Assembly: GCA_951406725.2 (NCBI GenBank)
Contig: OX597817.1
Span: 156,736,001 to 156,800,000 of the forward strand
DNA: 64,000 bases
Source: Octopus vulgaris
Taxonomy: Eukaryota
Direction of reading: 5' to 3'
A program made the position numbers and the translations under genes. Below, piece by piece: positions 50,501 to 60,230 of this stretch (its first letter is position 1; each line of letters opens with the position of its first letter). The notes beneath the pieces were generated by a model. That model saw only the letters and a program-made list of their open reading frames with translations, searched no databases and was not told where the DNA came from.

Positions 50501-52228
50501 GGAAGTTCAGAGAGCTATTCTGGGAAAGAACGGTGGGGATCTAGTGATTAGTAAAGGGCCTGGTGGGGTAATGGAGACAATATTAGTGATAAGAGAGGAG
50601 AGATGAGTGAATCAGAAATGCCTGTGCAGAGATGGCATGAGAGCAGCCACCTCTGAGGAGCAGAGGCCAGTATAGTGACAGTACATAGATGCACTCACAC
50701 ATAATCATTACTGTCAATTGCAAGTGAGTATGGCTTGACAGTGTGTATCATGCTTTTGTTAATTGTTTTAGATGCCTATGTATTCTTGAGTGGACATAGA
50801 CACCCTTTCTGGCCCTTTTACCTTCGATCCAGTGGAATATCAAGAATATGACGGCTGGAAGGAGAGAAGGTTGCCCCAGCATAAGGCTGCTACTCATTTC
50901 CAGTTGAGTAGACTGGAGTAATGTGAAATGAAGTACCTCACTCGGGGACACAATCCACTGCCCAGTCCAGGAAATGAACTTACTACTATCTTATGATCAT
51001 AAGCCCAAATCCCCCTAACCACTAGGCCTCATTCCTTCACATATTTAGAGACAGTACATACACAAGTGTAGACACTTTTTTGATGGAAATGAGATGAGAA
51101 GTCCCTCTCAATTTGGACCCATCTAGATAGGTAGGGAGACACATACATTCTGTTTTTGCCAGTTATTTCTTCTATATTTACACTCACACATTTAAATGTC
51201 TAACATTGGATACAAATGTAAACAGTTCTAGAATGGTGGCCACTACATCAACATTGGTGTCAAACAAGACATGGTTAATTTTAGTGTTTATTTCAGATCA
51301 ATAGTCAGTTGACGAAATCACCTTCGATTAGAGTTAACATTGTTCTATGGATACATTCCTCTCCCAGCTAATCTAAGGAGGGGCAACCTTCCTATTTCTC
51401 AAGTTTCAAGAATACAGCAGAAAGAATTAAAGTTGTTACAAATTCTTTCAACTCAAAGACCTATTTTATTATATATTTTTTTTTAATATTTACATTTCTT
51501 TTTTTATTAAAGCAAAAATATTCATCAATTTTAGAATTGCTCCTTTTCTTTTTTTAACATAATTCTTTACCTGTTAATCCAGTCGCTTTGTTTCTTGTAA
51601 AAATTATGCCTTTATTATCTTTGACAGCTGAATTTATTTCTATTATCATTTGCAAGACAAACGTTTTGCTGTCTGCATGTCTGCAAAGCCAGTTGCTCTT
51701 TTAAATAATAATACGACAATATGGCTCTAAAATTTAGCATGGAAGTTACTAACCAGCATAATTTGTTTTTTTATGTTCTTTAAATGGTTTCATATTTTTA
51801 CAAAATCTCTATCAGATTAAGTTATTTGGATATTTGGTTAAACCGAAAGAAACTTACATGAGGAAAATAGCATTTAGCCCAATGTCGAACTGGAAATTCC
51901 TAGACAGGCAATTTATTTATTCAATTGAAATTAACTATACATGCAATTTTGTCACATCTTTTTGTTTCTTGCTATCCTCTGCTTCGTTTGGGTTTTAAAT
52001 TTCGTTCTTCTTTCTCCTGCTATTAGCCTAATGATGAAGAAAGAAATTCACAAAAAGACATACATGCGAGACGGACGAGAAGAAACATTTATTCAAGAAG
52101 AGTCTCGTGTGGAACAACAGAATGAAACACCAGAAGAATTGCGTGAAAGCATGCAGCAAATTATTGACCAGTTTATGCAAACTCCAAGTGAATTTGACCA
52201 ACGACAGTGTCTGGAAGACGATGTCTAG
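1085..52228 (+). CDS. Ank2: 3' portion of a multi-exon giant disordered scaffold gene, probably giant ankyrin (ankyrin-2/UNC-44-like); 8 coding exons, ~6,070 aa in window; 5' exons lie upstream of the window
   Basis: Eight GT-AG exons with compatible phases; summed length 18,218 nt plus 1 upstream nt = 6,073 codons ending at TAG 52226-52228. The ankyrin identity rests on recalled motif similarity (extended LIR FEIIEQEEILEAK, SSLxEFERLE, DSL repeats, giant-exon architecture). No ANK/ZU5/death domain is visible here. Confidence 0.62.
2245..4038 (+). repeat. Coding tandem array of KSPSP/KTPSP units; higher-order 57-bp unit (27+30 bp) encoding KSPSPELKD-KSPSPLQLKS
   Basis: Visible in DNA and translation; near-perfect 57-nt periodicity around 2960-3370 (tcaccacttcagttaaag at 3001, 3058, 3115...). 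Confidence 0.95.
8373..8575 (+). mobile_element. Degenerate tRNA-derived SINE (family 2)
   Basis: ggcaagctggcagaattgttagc...gagttcaaattc...ctttgcctttcatccttt...gataaaataagtaccag, matching copies at 15133, 44503 and 55652. Confidence 0.75.
12346..12610 (+). repeat. 85-bp tandem triplication spanning a SINE-tail/MITE junction
   Basis: tgtccagccca recurs at 12346, 12431, 12516 and 12601 (exact 85-nt spacing). Confidence 0.9.
13344..14189 (+). CDS. Coding exon B (846 nt, phase 1-1)
   Basis: Within ORF 13295-14281; acceptor tgtttttgtgcag|GT; donor GAAAG|gtatcg; 282 codons; acidic Ser-rich composition like exons A and D. Confidence 0.85.
15133..15365 (-). mobile_element. tRNA-derived SINE (family 2; central block resembles the MetaSINE/Sauria-type core as I recall it)
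   Basis: Reverse complement closely matches 44503-44731 and 55652-55866; pol III A/B-box-like head (agctagcagaaacgttag / gagttcaaattcc). Confidence 0.85.
15964..16179. mobile_element. piggyBac-type MITE (family A)
   Basis: TTAA|CCCTTT...AAAGGG|TTAA termini; homologous to 45525-45745, with degenerate copies at ~12575-12800 and ~46870-47090. Confidence 0.85.
16696..16845 (+). pseudogene. Tigger/pogo-type transposase N-terminal HTH (CENP-B_N/psq-like) remnant
   Basis: Translates as MPDPSKQHKLVYSLQENVEIIKKICDSGSLITVGCKF, then after a frameshift GVNESIIHSIYK; resembles the SL.EK.EII....G.S....A.KFGV.ESTI..I.K HTH pattern. Confidence 0.55.
18905..19090 (-). mobile_element. CORE-like SINE (family 3); related copies at ~21630-21890 (+) and ~50880-51040 (-)
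   Basis: Reverse complement contains gttgtgtccttgagcaagacactttatttcatgttgctccagtccactcagctg; the same block occurs in the two other copies. Confidence 0.65.
19396..19786 (-). mobile_element. Young tRNA-derived SINE (family 1), full length
   Basis: Near-identical to 22926-23312, 25240-25647 and 54983-55365; on the minus strand the head is ggcgcaggagtggctgtgtgg (A box) ... gggttcagtccc (B box); (gtaaaaga)n tail. Confidence 0.9.
21446..21615. mobile_element. Short foldback/MITE with ~45-bp imperfect terminal inverted repeats
   Basis: aatagtttaactcaggcccatgcaacttaaa pairs with tttaagttgcatggagctgagtcaaactgttatt. Confidence 0.7.
22926..23312 (-). mobile_element. SINE family 1, full length
   Basis: Near-identical to the copy at 19396-19786. 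Confidence 0.9.
23940..24118 (-). mobile_element. Retroposon 3' fragment with (gat)n tail (family 4); related copies at ~44090-44311 and ~48570-48710 (+)
   Basis: Shared ggcattaggaagggcatccagc...aacccatgctagcatgga...ggacgttaaacgatgatgat block. Confidence 0.7.
25240..25647 (-). mobile_element. SINE family 1, full length
   Basis: Near-identical to the other family 1 copies, with a small internal deletion. Confidence 0.9.
26068..26214 (+). CDS. Coding exon C (147 nt, phase 1-1), poly-Glu
   Basis: Acceptor ttctcttcttgtctcag|AT; donor CCAG|gtagct; 49 codons DMPRTDQHDVQRELITAAKDEEEKEEEEEENLSSSSSEVAQVEDVDFLP. Confidence 0.8.
29300..29306 (+). promoter_or_regulatory. Consensus branch point TACTAAC upstream of giant exon D
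   Basis: Perfect TACTAAC about 27 nt before the acceptor AG at 29332-29333. Confidence 0.7.
29334..38558 (+). CDS. Giant coding exon D (9,225 nt, phase 1-1): TTSKTEEPVV array, RVxF sites, LIR-like motifs, SSLxEFERLE and DSL repeats
   Basis: Within ORF 29342-38575; acceptor gatttctatag|AT with TACTAAC branch point; donor AGAG|gtatat at 38558/38559; 3,075 codons. Confidence 0.9.
30998..32230 (+). repeat. Coding 30-bp tandem repeat encoding (TTSKTEEPVV)n, decaying toward the 3' end
   Basis: acaacatccaagacagaagaacctgtcgtc units are near-perfect over ~31000-31210 and progressively diverged afterwards. Confidence 0.95.
39710..40470 (+). mobile_element. Cluster of degenerate family 2 SINEs separated by (att)n
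   Basis: Three copies of the ctttgcct..catccttt..gataaaataag..ccag core at ~39740, ~40115 and ~40352. Confidence 0.65.
42230..42456 (+). repeat. Compound minisatellite: tatgcttacctatgtatacatgttt(gt)n(at)n repeated about 3 times
   Basis: Unit recurs at ~42271, ~42355 and ~42419 with variable microsatellite lengths. Confidence 0.8.
43774..43830 (+). CDS. Small coding exon E (57 nt, phase 1-1): EHTDLPQQMSTEESQSKTE
   Basis: Acceptor ttttgtctttcag|AA; donor AGAAG|gtgatt; open in phase 1; composition matches the gene; too short for the ORF track. Confidence 0.72.
44503..44731 (+). mobile_element. SINE family 2, full length, ending ~40 nt upstream of exon F
   Basis: Close match to 15133-15365 (reverse complement) and 55652-55866; flanked by (ta)n. 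Confidence 0.88.
44771..45337 (+). CDS. Coding exon F (567 nt, phase 1-1) with (DATYDGG)n heptapeptide repeats
   Basis: Within ORF 44749-45681; acceptor aattccag|AA; donor GAAAG|gtttgc; 189 codons; 21-bp repeat gatgctacttatgatggtggt. Confidence 0.68.
45525..45745. mobile_element. piggyBac-type MITE (family A)
   Basis: TTAA (45521-24) CCCTTTAGCATT...AATACTAAAGGG TTAA (45746-49). Confidence 0.88.
49341..49401 (+). CDS. Penultimate coding exon G (61 nt, phase 1-2): DRRDSDVAPDAETEDSAQAT(S)
   Basis: Long pyrimidine tract then ttctcaag|AC; donor CCAG|gtaaca; its phase-2 end matches the phase-2 start of exon H (ag|c = Ser). Confidence 0.8.
49805..50181 (+). mobile_element. Non-autonomous Helitron-like element
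   Basis: Starts A|TC(tatatatataaa), ends CTAG|T with a terminal hairpin (gaccc...gggtc); inserted between A and T, with no TSD. Confidence 0.8.
52027..52228 (+). CDS. Terminal coding exon H: SLMMKKEIHKKTYMRDGREETF...PEELRESMQQIIDQFM...LEDDV*
   Basis: Acceptor cttctttctcctgctattag|C in phase 2, matching exon G; stop TAG 52226-52228; followed by AT-rich UTR-like sequence with no recognisable TE. Confidence 0.85.
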
Positions 52229-54560
52229 CTTCCAGTCCTGTTGTCTTCTAGCAATTTACTCCATCCTTAAAAATAAAAACATCTTCCCCCTACCCTCCTC
52301 TCTCTCTCATATCAATGAAGACATCTCTGGATCTCCTTAATACCCACCCCATCTCCATCTATCTATCTCTGCTGCTTTGACTGCAAAAAGTCTTTTGCAA
52401 ACTTCCAACATGCTTTGTGCATCATTCCAAGTTAAGTGCAAATCCTCTTCTCTCTCTGCCCTCCCCAATTTTTTTTCCTACATTATTCTTATTTTCATTT
52501 TTAACAATTGTTTGTTTTGTTTGATATCATCTGAAATCCTTCTTCCTCAAACCCCTACAAAACTGTCTCATTTTAGTTACCTTTGCTTTTTTTTTTTTTT
52601 TTTTTTGTAATTTTTGTTTTGATGATTGTTTTTGCTCTCGCAGAAACATCTATATATATTAGAGCAATGATTTTTTTTTTTTTAACCTACCTGATAATTT
52701 GAAATTTTAAAGAATTGTGTAAGTTTTGCTAACCATTTTGTTCTTTTGTCTGAAAACTCTTGACAATATTTATTTATATCTGAATTCTTTCTTGCCTTAG
52801 TTTACCCAAGTGTATTGGGGATTTCTTTAAAAGGAACTCGAATCTCAAAGCTTCCCACTCCCTAGTTCTCTCAACTCACTTGGAAGGAAAACTCTGAATA
52901 TTTAAAACTTAATGTCCATTGATAATTAAAGTTGCTTCTATAATGACTTTCTTCTAAGATGTCTAAGATATGCTTGGAATTAAAGAGACTTTCTGTCCAT
53001 CAATAAAGGACCTTAACAGTCCTTACTAGGAAAATAAGTGACCTTTACTTAATTCAAATGACCTGAACTAGTGTGTTTTTTTTGTTTTTACTTTTTAAAT
53101 TCCTAAACAGCTGGTTTAATCCATTACAAATACAAAATAACTTTGTTGTTAATGTAATTTTCGAAAGATATTTTAATTTTTTTTTCTTAATGGAACAAAA
53201 AAAACAACAAAACCTCTTGTAGTTCTCTTCATATTTGCAATAATTAATATGATGTTTAACGAGGAATATAGGTGTAAATTATATAAATTTTGTAAAACCT
53301 TAAAACTGATAACTTTTCTACTTGAAACAATAGCAGCCTATTTTGAACCCTGCTGCAATGTGACCTTATCTGTGACCTTACTCTCATTCCAAGATTTCCC
53401 TTGACACACAAAAAAAAAAAAAAAATAATTATAATACAAACCCTATTTAAATCTGAAAACTTTTCGTGTAACCCTGACATACAAGAAAACTCCTGATACG
53501 AAGACAATATTTCCTAAGAAGTTTAAACAACAAAATTTAACAAACAATAGACAAAAGAAAATGACAGAACTGTTTCAGCGACCTAAACTAAAAGCCAACA
53601 CTACTGTAAAAGTTCATGAAAGTCAAGAAAGTGGCCAGAAGGAACTGACGAAGATAGGTACAGTGAAAAGCCCCTTAGCTGTATAAAACGTCTTCTAATT
53701 TCCTTACTGGAACATTCTCTTGCAGCATTATATATATTAATGTCGTTTAAGTAAAATATTAATATGCTGCACACTTCTCTATTTCCTCCATCACTGGCTT
53801 TTCAACATTATCAGCCATTATCCAGAACACGGCTTGCTCTTCTACTCAGGCCAATCTCTTTGATAATAATAATATAGATAAGAGAAGTATTTCAAGATAT
53901 ACGAATACAAAAATGAAAAAGAATATCTAATAATATAATACTACTAATAATAAATACTAAATACTTTTACAGTTAGTTGCTCTATTTGTATGGATGTATG
54001 TATGCATGTGTGTGTGTCTGCAAATGTATGTTAAACAGTTCTGAATTTTGAACAAGAAAATAACTACAACAGCAAGCACAACAATCACAACAAAGAATCC
54101 ACGCTCTGTATGCTAACTAAACTATGCTATCTCGAGTCGATATTTTGATGCACACATTATTTAGTGTTTTGCTTAACAGCTGCTTAACAGTTTTCTATTC
54201 AATATTATATCTGTTTCACCACAGTACCAAACTGTTCAAAGAAACAATAATATATATATCTAGAGAAACAGAATAATTAATATATCAACAATTCCTAAAT
54301 GCAATCAAATTTTCAAAAATAAGGCCCTAATTTGCTTACAATATAAGCTATATCTTTTTTCAGCTAAGCTATTTTCCCTGCCCATTTCTCTTTGTTTACT
54401 TCAGACCTGCCTAATGTCACTTATGCTTATTGTAATAATCTCAAGCTATCTTTATAGACATACTCCTCTTTCTCTTCTCCCCCCTTTCTCTCTCTCTCTC
54501 TCTGGGACTGCAAACTTTCTAATGCACTCTGGGAATAAAGGCTCTGTATTTTCTCACTCT
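52229..54560 (+). other. Probable long 3' UTR
   Basis: About 2.3 kb without recognisable TEs; AATAAA hexamers at ~52272, ~53002 and 54534-54539. The true end cannot be determined. Confidence 0.45.
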
Positions 54561-54982
54561 TAATTACTAGGTTTGTAATGTTTGTGGAGATGTGAATTTT
54601 TTCTTGTCAAAAAGAAATAATATTAATAATGATAAAAAAATATTAATAAAAATAAAAACAGCTTCCATAAGTCTCACCATGTTGTTGTTTATCTTTTTTA
54701 AAAGAATCATTATTAGAATTGTTGCAATTTTGGGCTTGTGCCCTACTACTAATTCACAGGCATGACCCATGACCAAGTATCAACTTGGCCTTGGGTGGAA
54801 CTGTGCTTTGTGAGTGGAATATGTATGTTTGTCTGACATTGTGCATATGTACCTACATAATTGTTGTTCCATGTCTTCATATGTCACTGCCTGAGCAAAT
54901 AAAAAACAGTTATATTCCTTACAGACAATACCTCCAGTCTCTCTGCACATTTGAATACCAGTTGAATAAAAATATATATATA

Positions 54983-55365
54983 GGCGCAGGAGTGGCTGTG
55001 TGGTAAGTAGCTTGCCTACCAACCACATGATTCTGGGTTCAGTCCCACTGCGTGGCATCTTGGGCAAGTGTCTTCTGCTATAGCCTCGGGCTGACCAATG
55101 CCTTGTGAGTGGATTTGGTAGACGGAAACTGAAAGAAGCCTGTCGTATATATGTATATGTTTGTGTGTCTGTGTTTGTCCCTCTAGCATTGCTTGACAAC
55201 CGATGCTGGTGTGTTTACGTCCCCGTCACTTAGCGGTTCGGCAAAAGAGACCGATAGAATAAGTACTGGGCTTACAAAGAATAAGTCCCGGGGTCGATTT
55301 GCTCGACTAAAGGCGGTGCTCCAGCATGGCCGCAGTCAAATGACTGAAACAAGTAAAAGAGTAAA
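54983..55365 (+). mobile_element. SINE family 1, full length, opposite orientation to the intronic copies
   Basis: ggcgcaggagtggctgtgtggtaag...gaaacaagtaaaagagtaaa. Confidence 0.9.
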
Positions 55366-55651
55366 ACTATACTTGTAAAACAGACAAGGGTTCGCAGTAA
55401 GAAAGACATCCAGCCACAAATTTTTGCTGCAAGAAATGTTTCTGCTCAACTCGTGCTCGCTTGGAAAAACAAAATGAATGAACACACACATATACATCAT
55501 CATCATATTTCAATACCCACTTTTCCATACTTGCACTGATCAGAAAAAATTCATGGAGGCAAATACTTTTCACTTGCAATTTGAATTGATTTCAGAAGTG
55601 ACACAAGTATATGACACTGATGAGCAGAAATTACTGCAAAATAATAATTAA

Positions 55652-55866
55652 GATAGCGAGCTGGCAGAAACGTTAGCACACTGGGCAAAATGCTTAGCAA
55701 TATTTCGTCTGCCATTACATTCTGAGTTCAAATTCTGCCGAGGTCAACTTTGCCTTTCACCCTTTCAGGGTCGATAAATTAAGTACCAGTTACGCACTGG
55801 GGTCGATGCAATTGACTTAATCCCTTTGCCTGTCCCCTCTATGTTTAGCCCCTTGTGGGCAATAAA
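55652..55866 (+). mobile_element. SINE family 2
   Basis: Homologous to 44503-44731. Confidence 0.85.
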
Positions 55867-56459
55867 TAAATAAGAAATTACTGCAAAATATCCATGTCAT
55901 TCTCGTTTACTTCCAGAGCAGTTTTCATTTTGCCTAGCTTTGATGTAAACAGTGTTCTTAATGTTATGTCTTTAAAGGGGCTTCTCTTAGGTGAAATACC
56001 TTCGCTACAACTGTTTAACATACATAAATATGTGATGCTGGTAGTGTTTTTATTAAGGCGAAGATTCTACAGCTAGATGCCCTTCCTGATGCCAAACCTT
56101 GTTGGTTTCCAAGCAACTTAACATTTTCCCATAGTCTTTTAAACAGAACATAATTGCTGGGCATATCTTCATGGAAAATTGCAAATGAATTGCACCACTT
56201 GTATGACAGTGATATCTGTTCACAACCAGCATATTATGTCAAGACAAGTAGACACACACACACACGTTTATATATCATCAATTAACATCCACTCTCCGTG
56301 CTGGCATGGGTTGGACATTTTGACATCAAGCTATCCAGACTCCATCTATCTGTTGTGGCATTGTTTCTGTGACTGGATGCCAACCACTTAGCAGAGTGTG
56401 CTGAGTACTTTTTACATGCCAACTCACTACAAATGTAGAATATTCTTTTAATACATTAA

Positions 56460-56841
56460 CCCTTTCATTACCAACCCGGCTGAAACCAGCTCTGGCTCTG
56501 TGGTACAAATGTCTTGTTTTCATAAGTTATGAATTAAAATCTTCCACCAAACCTTAGTCACAATTTATGTTCCTAACACGAGCTTAATGATAACTAAGTT
56601 ATTTAACTAAATTCATTTAACCCTTGTATTACCAACCTGGCTGAAACCGGCTCTGGCTCTTTAAAATAAATGTCTTATTTCTATAAGTTTTGAATTCAAA
56701 TCTTCCACCAAACCTTAGTCACAATTTATGTTCCTAACACGAGCTTAATGATAACTAAGTTATTTAACTAAATTCTTTGTTACATCTAAAATAATTGAGA
56801 AAATCACAGAGCATCTCAAAATAAATACGGTAACAAAAGGG
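56460..56841. mobile_element. piggyBac-type MITE (family B) with duplicated left ~160 bp
   Basis: TTAA|CCCTTTCATTACC at 56460; second TTAA|CCCTTGTATTACC at 56621; right end GGTAACAAAAGGG|TTAA at 56841. Confidence 0.82.
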
Positions 56842-57534
56842 TTAAAACTGAAAGGCTCTGGCTTTCAGTACTCAGATTTTCTGGTTTCCAATCATCAAGT
56901 ATTACCTTCCGACTTCCATAAAATATTTAGACAGTGGCTATTCAAAAGAAAATAATTACAGTAAAATCGGTCTTATTTCTAGGTTTGGAGAGAAGTAGAA
57001 ATGACTTGGACTGAAGTCCATCAGAAAAAAAAAAAAAACAGTAGAGAAAGAACAGGAGAGAGAAAAACAAAGTTAAAAACAGAGCTCTGAGAAGTCATGT
57101 TGCCTATGTTAGAGAGATTTTAAATGTGAGAGAATTAGATAAATGAGAAGAAAACAACTTTCAGCAATTAGTGAGACACTGCATGGAGAACTGTGTTGAC
57201 GTTTCAGATTAGTGTGTGAATATAAGACATGTATATATATGTTCATATGTGCCAAGGACATCTGCATTATTTGGGTATGTCTGTACTTCTGGGGGTAGTA
57301 TGTGTATATAGGTACACAGATGTGTATGTGCTAAGGACATGTATGTATAAAAGTTAAATTTGTGCACATGTCTGAAAATGTAAAGAAACTGAGATTGAGA
57401 CTTAAGTTTGAGGGATGAAAGTTCTAAAAAGAATAAGAGTTACTGTACTACCAAGGGGTGAACGATCCAACAAGCAAAACAGGACTGAAAGTGGGTAAGT
57501 ACAAATGGCATACAACCCATTGAGCTGGATATCT

Positions 57535-58503
57535 ATGAGGTGCAAGGTCAGGAGAGTAGGGGGGTGGGGGAGGAGTTCATAGCCGCATGCCTGTGCTTCT
57601 GATCTGGCGACACGAGAGTTGTGGACCGGAGCATTGTCCTGCAGGAGGAGGATGCCTTTGCTGATCTTGCCCTGCCTTTTGATTTTGATAGCTTCTCTTA
57701 ATTTCCTCAAAAGTGAAGCATAATTGTGGTACCCTTTGCCAGGGAATCTGTCATCACTACTCCGTCCAGGTCCCAGAAGACTATGAGCATGACCTTGCCT
57801 TCTTTGGAGGAGGTAAGTCACGGTGCTTCCACTGCATTGACTGGGCTTTGGTCTCTGGATCATAGTGATGGACCCAGGTTTCATCCTGTGTAATCAGTCT
57901 TTTGAAAAATTTTGACTCATCTTCTTGGCACATCTCCAAATTCATCCTCGAGCACTCAACGTGTTCTTGCTTCTGGAAAGGTGTGAGCAACCTGGGAATC
58001 CATCTGGCAGACACCTTTTGCATATGCAAATGATCATGAATGATAGTTTCCACAGACTCGGTACTATTCTTGACCTCATGGGCTATTTGGCAAATAGTTA
58101 TGCGTCAATCTTCCAAAATGGCAGCCTCAACTTCACGGACAGATGCCTCATCAATGGCAGAAGGGGGGCGACCAGATATGGGAGTTGTTCCCACAGAGTT
58201 CCGACCATGTTTGAATTCACGATGCCAGTGTTTTACAAGGTCATATGATTGGGCATCATCACCATAAGTTCCTTTCATTTCATCAAAAGTCTCCCGTGGT
58301 GTGCGTCCTTTCAAATACAAAAACCGGATCACTGCTCGACACTCAACAGGCTCCATTTCACACTTGACTCAGTTCAAATACCTGTAAATCAGAAACCACA
58401 ATTAGTTCATAGCTGTAATTTGCCACTTAATCTATATGCAAAATTACAGCTAGATCAAACATCTGCAAGTGGGTCAGAGGCATTACTCATTGAACGTCCC
58501 TCG
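57535..58503 (-). mobile_element. Decayed mariner DNA transposon (Himar/irritans-like), 3'-truncated; transposase pseudogene starting at 58356
   Basis: Broken frames give RAVIRFLYLKG, SARWIPRLLT, LITQDETWVHHYDPE, LLLQDNAPVH and LLPHPP(YSPDLAP); has a stop and frameshifts; 5' end TA|CGAGGGACGTTCAAT on the minus strand. Confidence 0.92.
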
Positions 58504-59099
58504 TATAGCCTCAGGCTGACCAAGGCCTTGAGTGGATCTGGTAGATGGAAACAAGCCCATCATGTGTGTTTGTCCACCATCACTTGACAAGTTTGTAGGT
58601 TATTGGTTTGGCAAAAGAGATTGACAAAATTAGTATCAAACATTAAAAACAAAGACTGAAATCATTCAAGAAAGCACTCCAGCATGAACACAGTTGAATG
58701 ACTGAAAGCTAAGATATATTAACCAATTTATTTTGCTTTCAATATAACCAATAAATACTTCTAGACCAGCCTCAATCCAGCAGACCTATGATAAACCCAT
58801 GCTTTTAAAGCAGAGAACTGATAGGCACAGACATGGTTAAGTTTCCATCCTGATTGCATGGCTTTCTGTTGCCTCACTGCAAGGTTTTCTAATATAGCCT
58901 TCAGGCACCTAACAGCTTGAGTGGACCCAGTTAAGCAAAATTCAAATCCATCATTATATATATATATATATACATACACACACACACACCCCGTTGCTAT
59001 TAAGCATAAGTGTCCAAAGTCCAAAGTGCTTTTTCAGAAAAATGATAAAATAGGCAATAAATCTCTAAGCAAAAAGTAAACAGTAGCAGTACAGAATCA

Positions 59100-59415
59100 T
59101 AAAATATAATTGCCAACTAAATGTGACAGTCCCATACAGGACGATGCTACTGTTGTTTTTAGCCCCAGGTGAACATCTCCAGCTGGCTAACAACACATTG
59201 CGTCTTGATTAGTATTTGCAAGCTGAAATCATCGTTCCCATCTCTAGCCTTACATGATACACACAGACCTGCATTTCTGGGTCCGATGATTTCCCCTCAC
59301 AAATACTAATCAAACAAAGTGTAGTTAGCCAGCTGGAGATTTCTCCTGGGGCTAAAAGGAACAGTAGCATCGTCCTCTATGGGACCACCACACTTGGTTG
59401 GCAATTATATTTTAC
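59100..59415. mobile_element. Foldback element/MITE: ~140-bp imperfect inverted arms around a ~38-nt spacer
   Basis: aaaatataattgccaac...ggacgatgctactgtt...ctccagctggctaac...gattagtatttg pairs with its reverse complement ending gttggcaattatatttta. Confidence 0.85.
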
Positions 59416-60230
59416 AATAAAATAGTTTCTTTTTACATTAGCAACAGTTTCAGCTTAACAATAATACTTTGTTGGGTGCATAAAATTGTAACTCCATGCA
59501 TATTTGCAGTCAGAAATATTTTTGGAAAAGTGTGGGACTTTCTACACTTTTGAAAAATGCTAAACCATTGTATTACACTTTGACAATTTTCATATCTTAG
59601 CATCTGAAGATGCAACAGTTTTCCCAAAAGAACCAGCTATTGCAAGCAAAATTAAATATTGAAGAAAACGCATTTGGCTAAATTTGGACATACAATAGTC
59701 TAACACAACACGTTCTCTACTCTTGGTACAAAGCCCGAAATTCTTGAGGAGGAGGCGTCGATTAGAGCGACTCCATACACAACTGACACATAAAAGCATG
59801 AAAGGCAAAAATCGACTTTGGTAGAATTTCAACTCAGAATATGAAGACAGATGAAATACCACTCAGTATTTTGCCCAGCATGCTAACGATCCTGCCAGCA
59901 CACTGCTTCGATATATACACACAAGTGCACATATCTTTGTATTTCCTTGCCTTGACATAGCAGGATAGTTGTAAACAAATGTCACCATCATACAAGGAAT
60001 GTTATTTGTTCCCAATTTCAGATGAAAATAAATCCAGCTTTGAAACATTACCTTGCATAGAAACAAATGAGAATTGGCAACTGGAAAGGTCTCAACGCAT
60101 TGAAGATCTGCCTCAACAAATTTCATTTGAACCACAGAAGAGCAAACTGTAGTGGATGTGTGTGTGTGTATTAATAAATACATAAGTTGTTTCGTGATTA
60201 AATAGAGATTTATTTACACTACATAAATTT

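Noticed and set aside
54983-55060. tRNA gene
   Set aside because: The A/B boxes belong to the head of a multi-copy SINE; no complete cloverleaf is evident.
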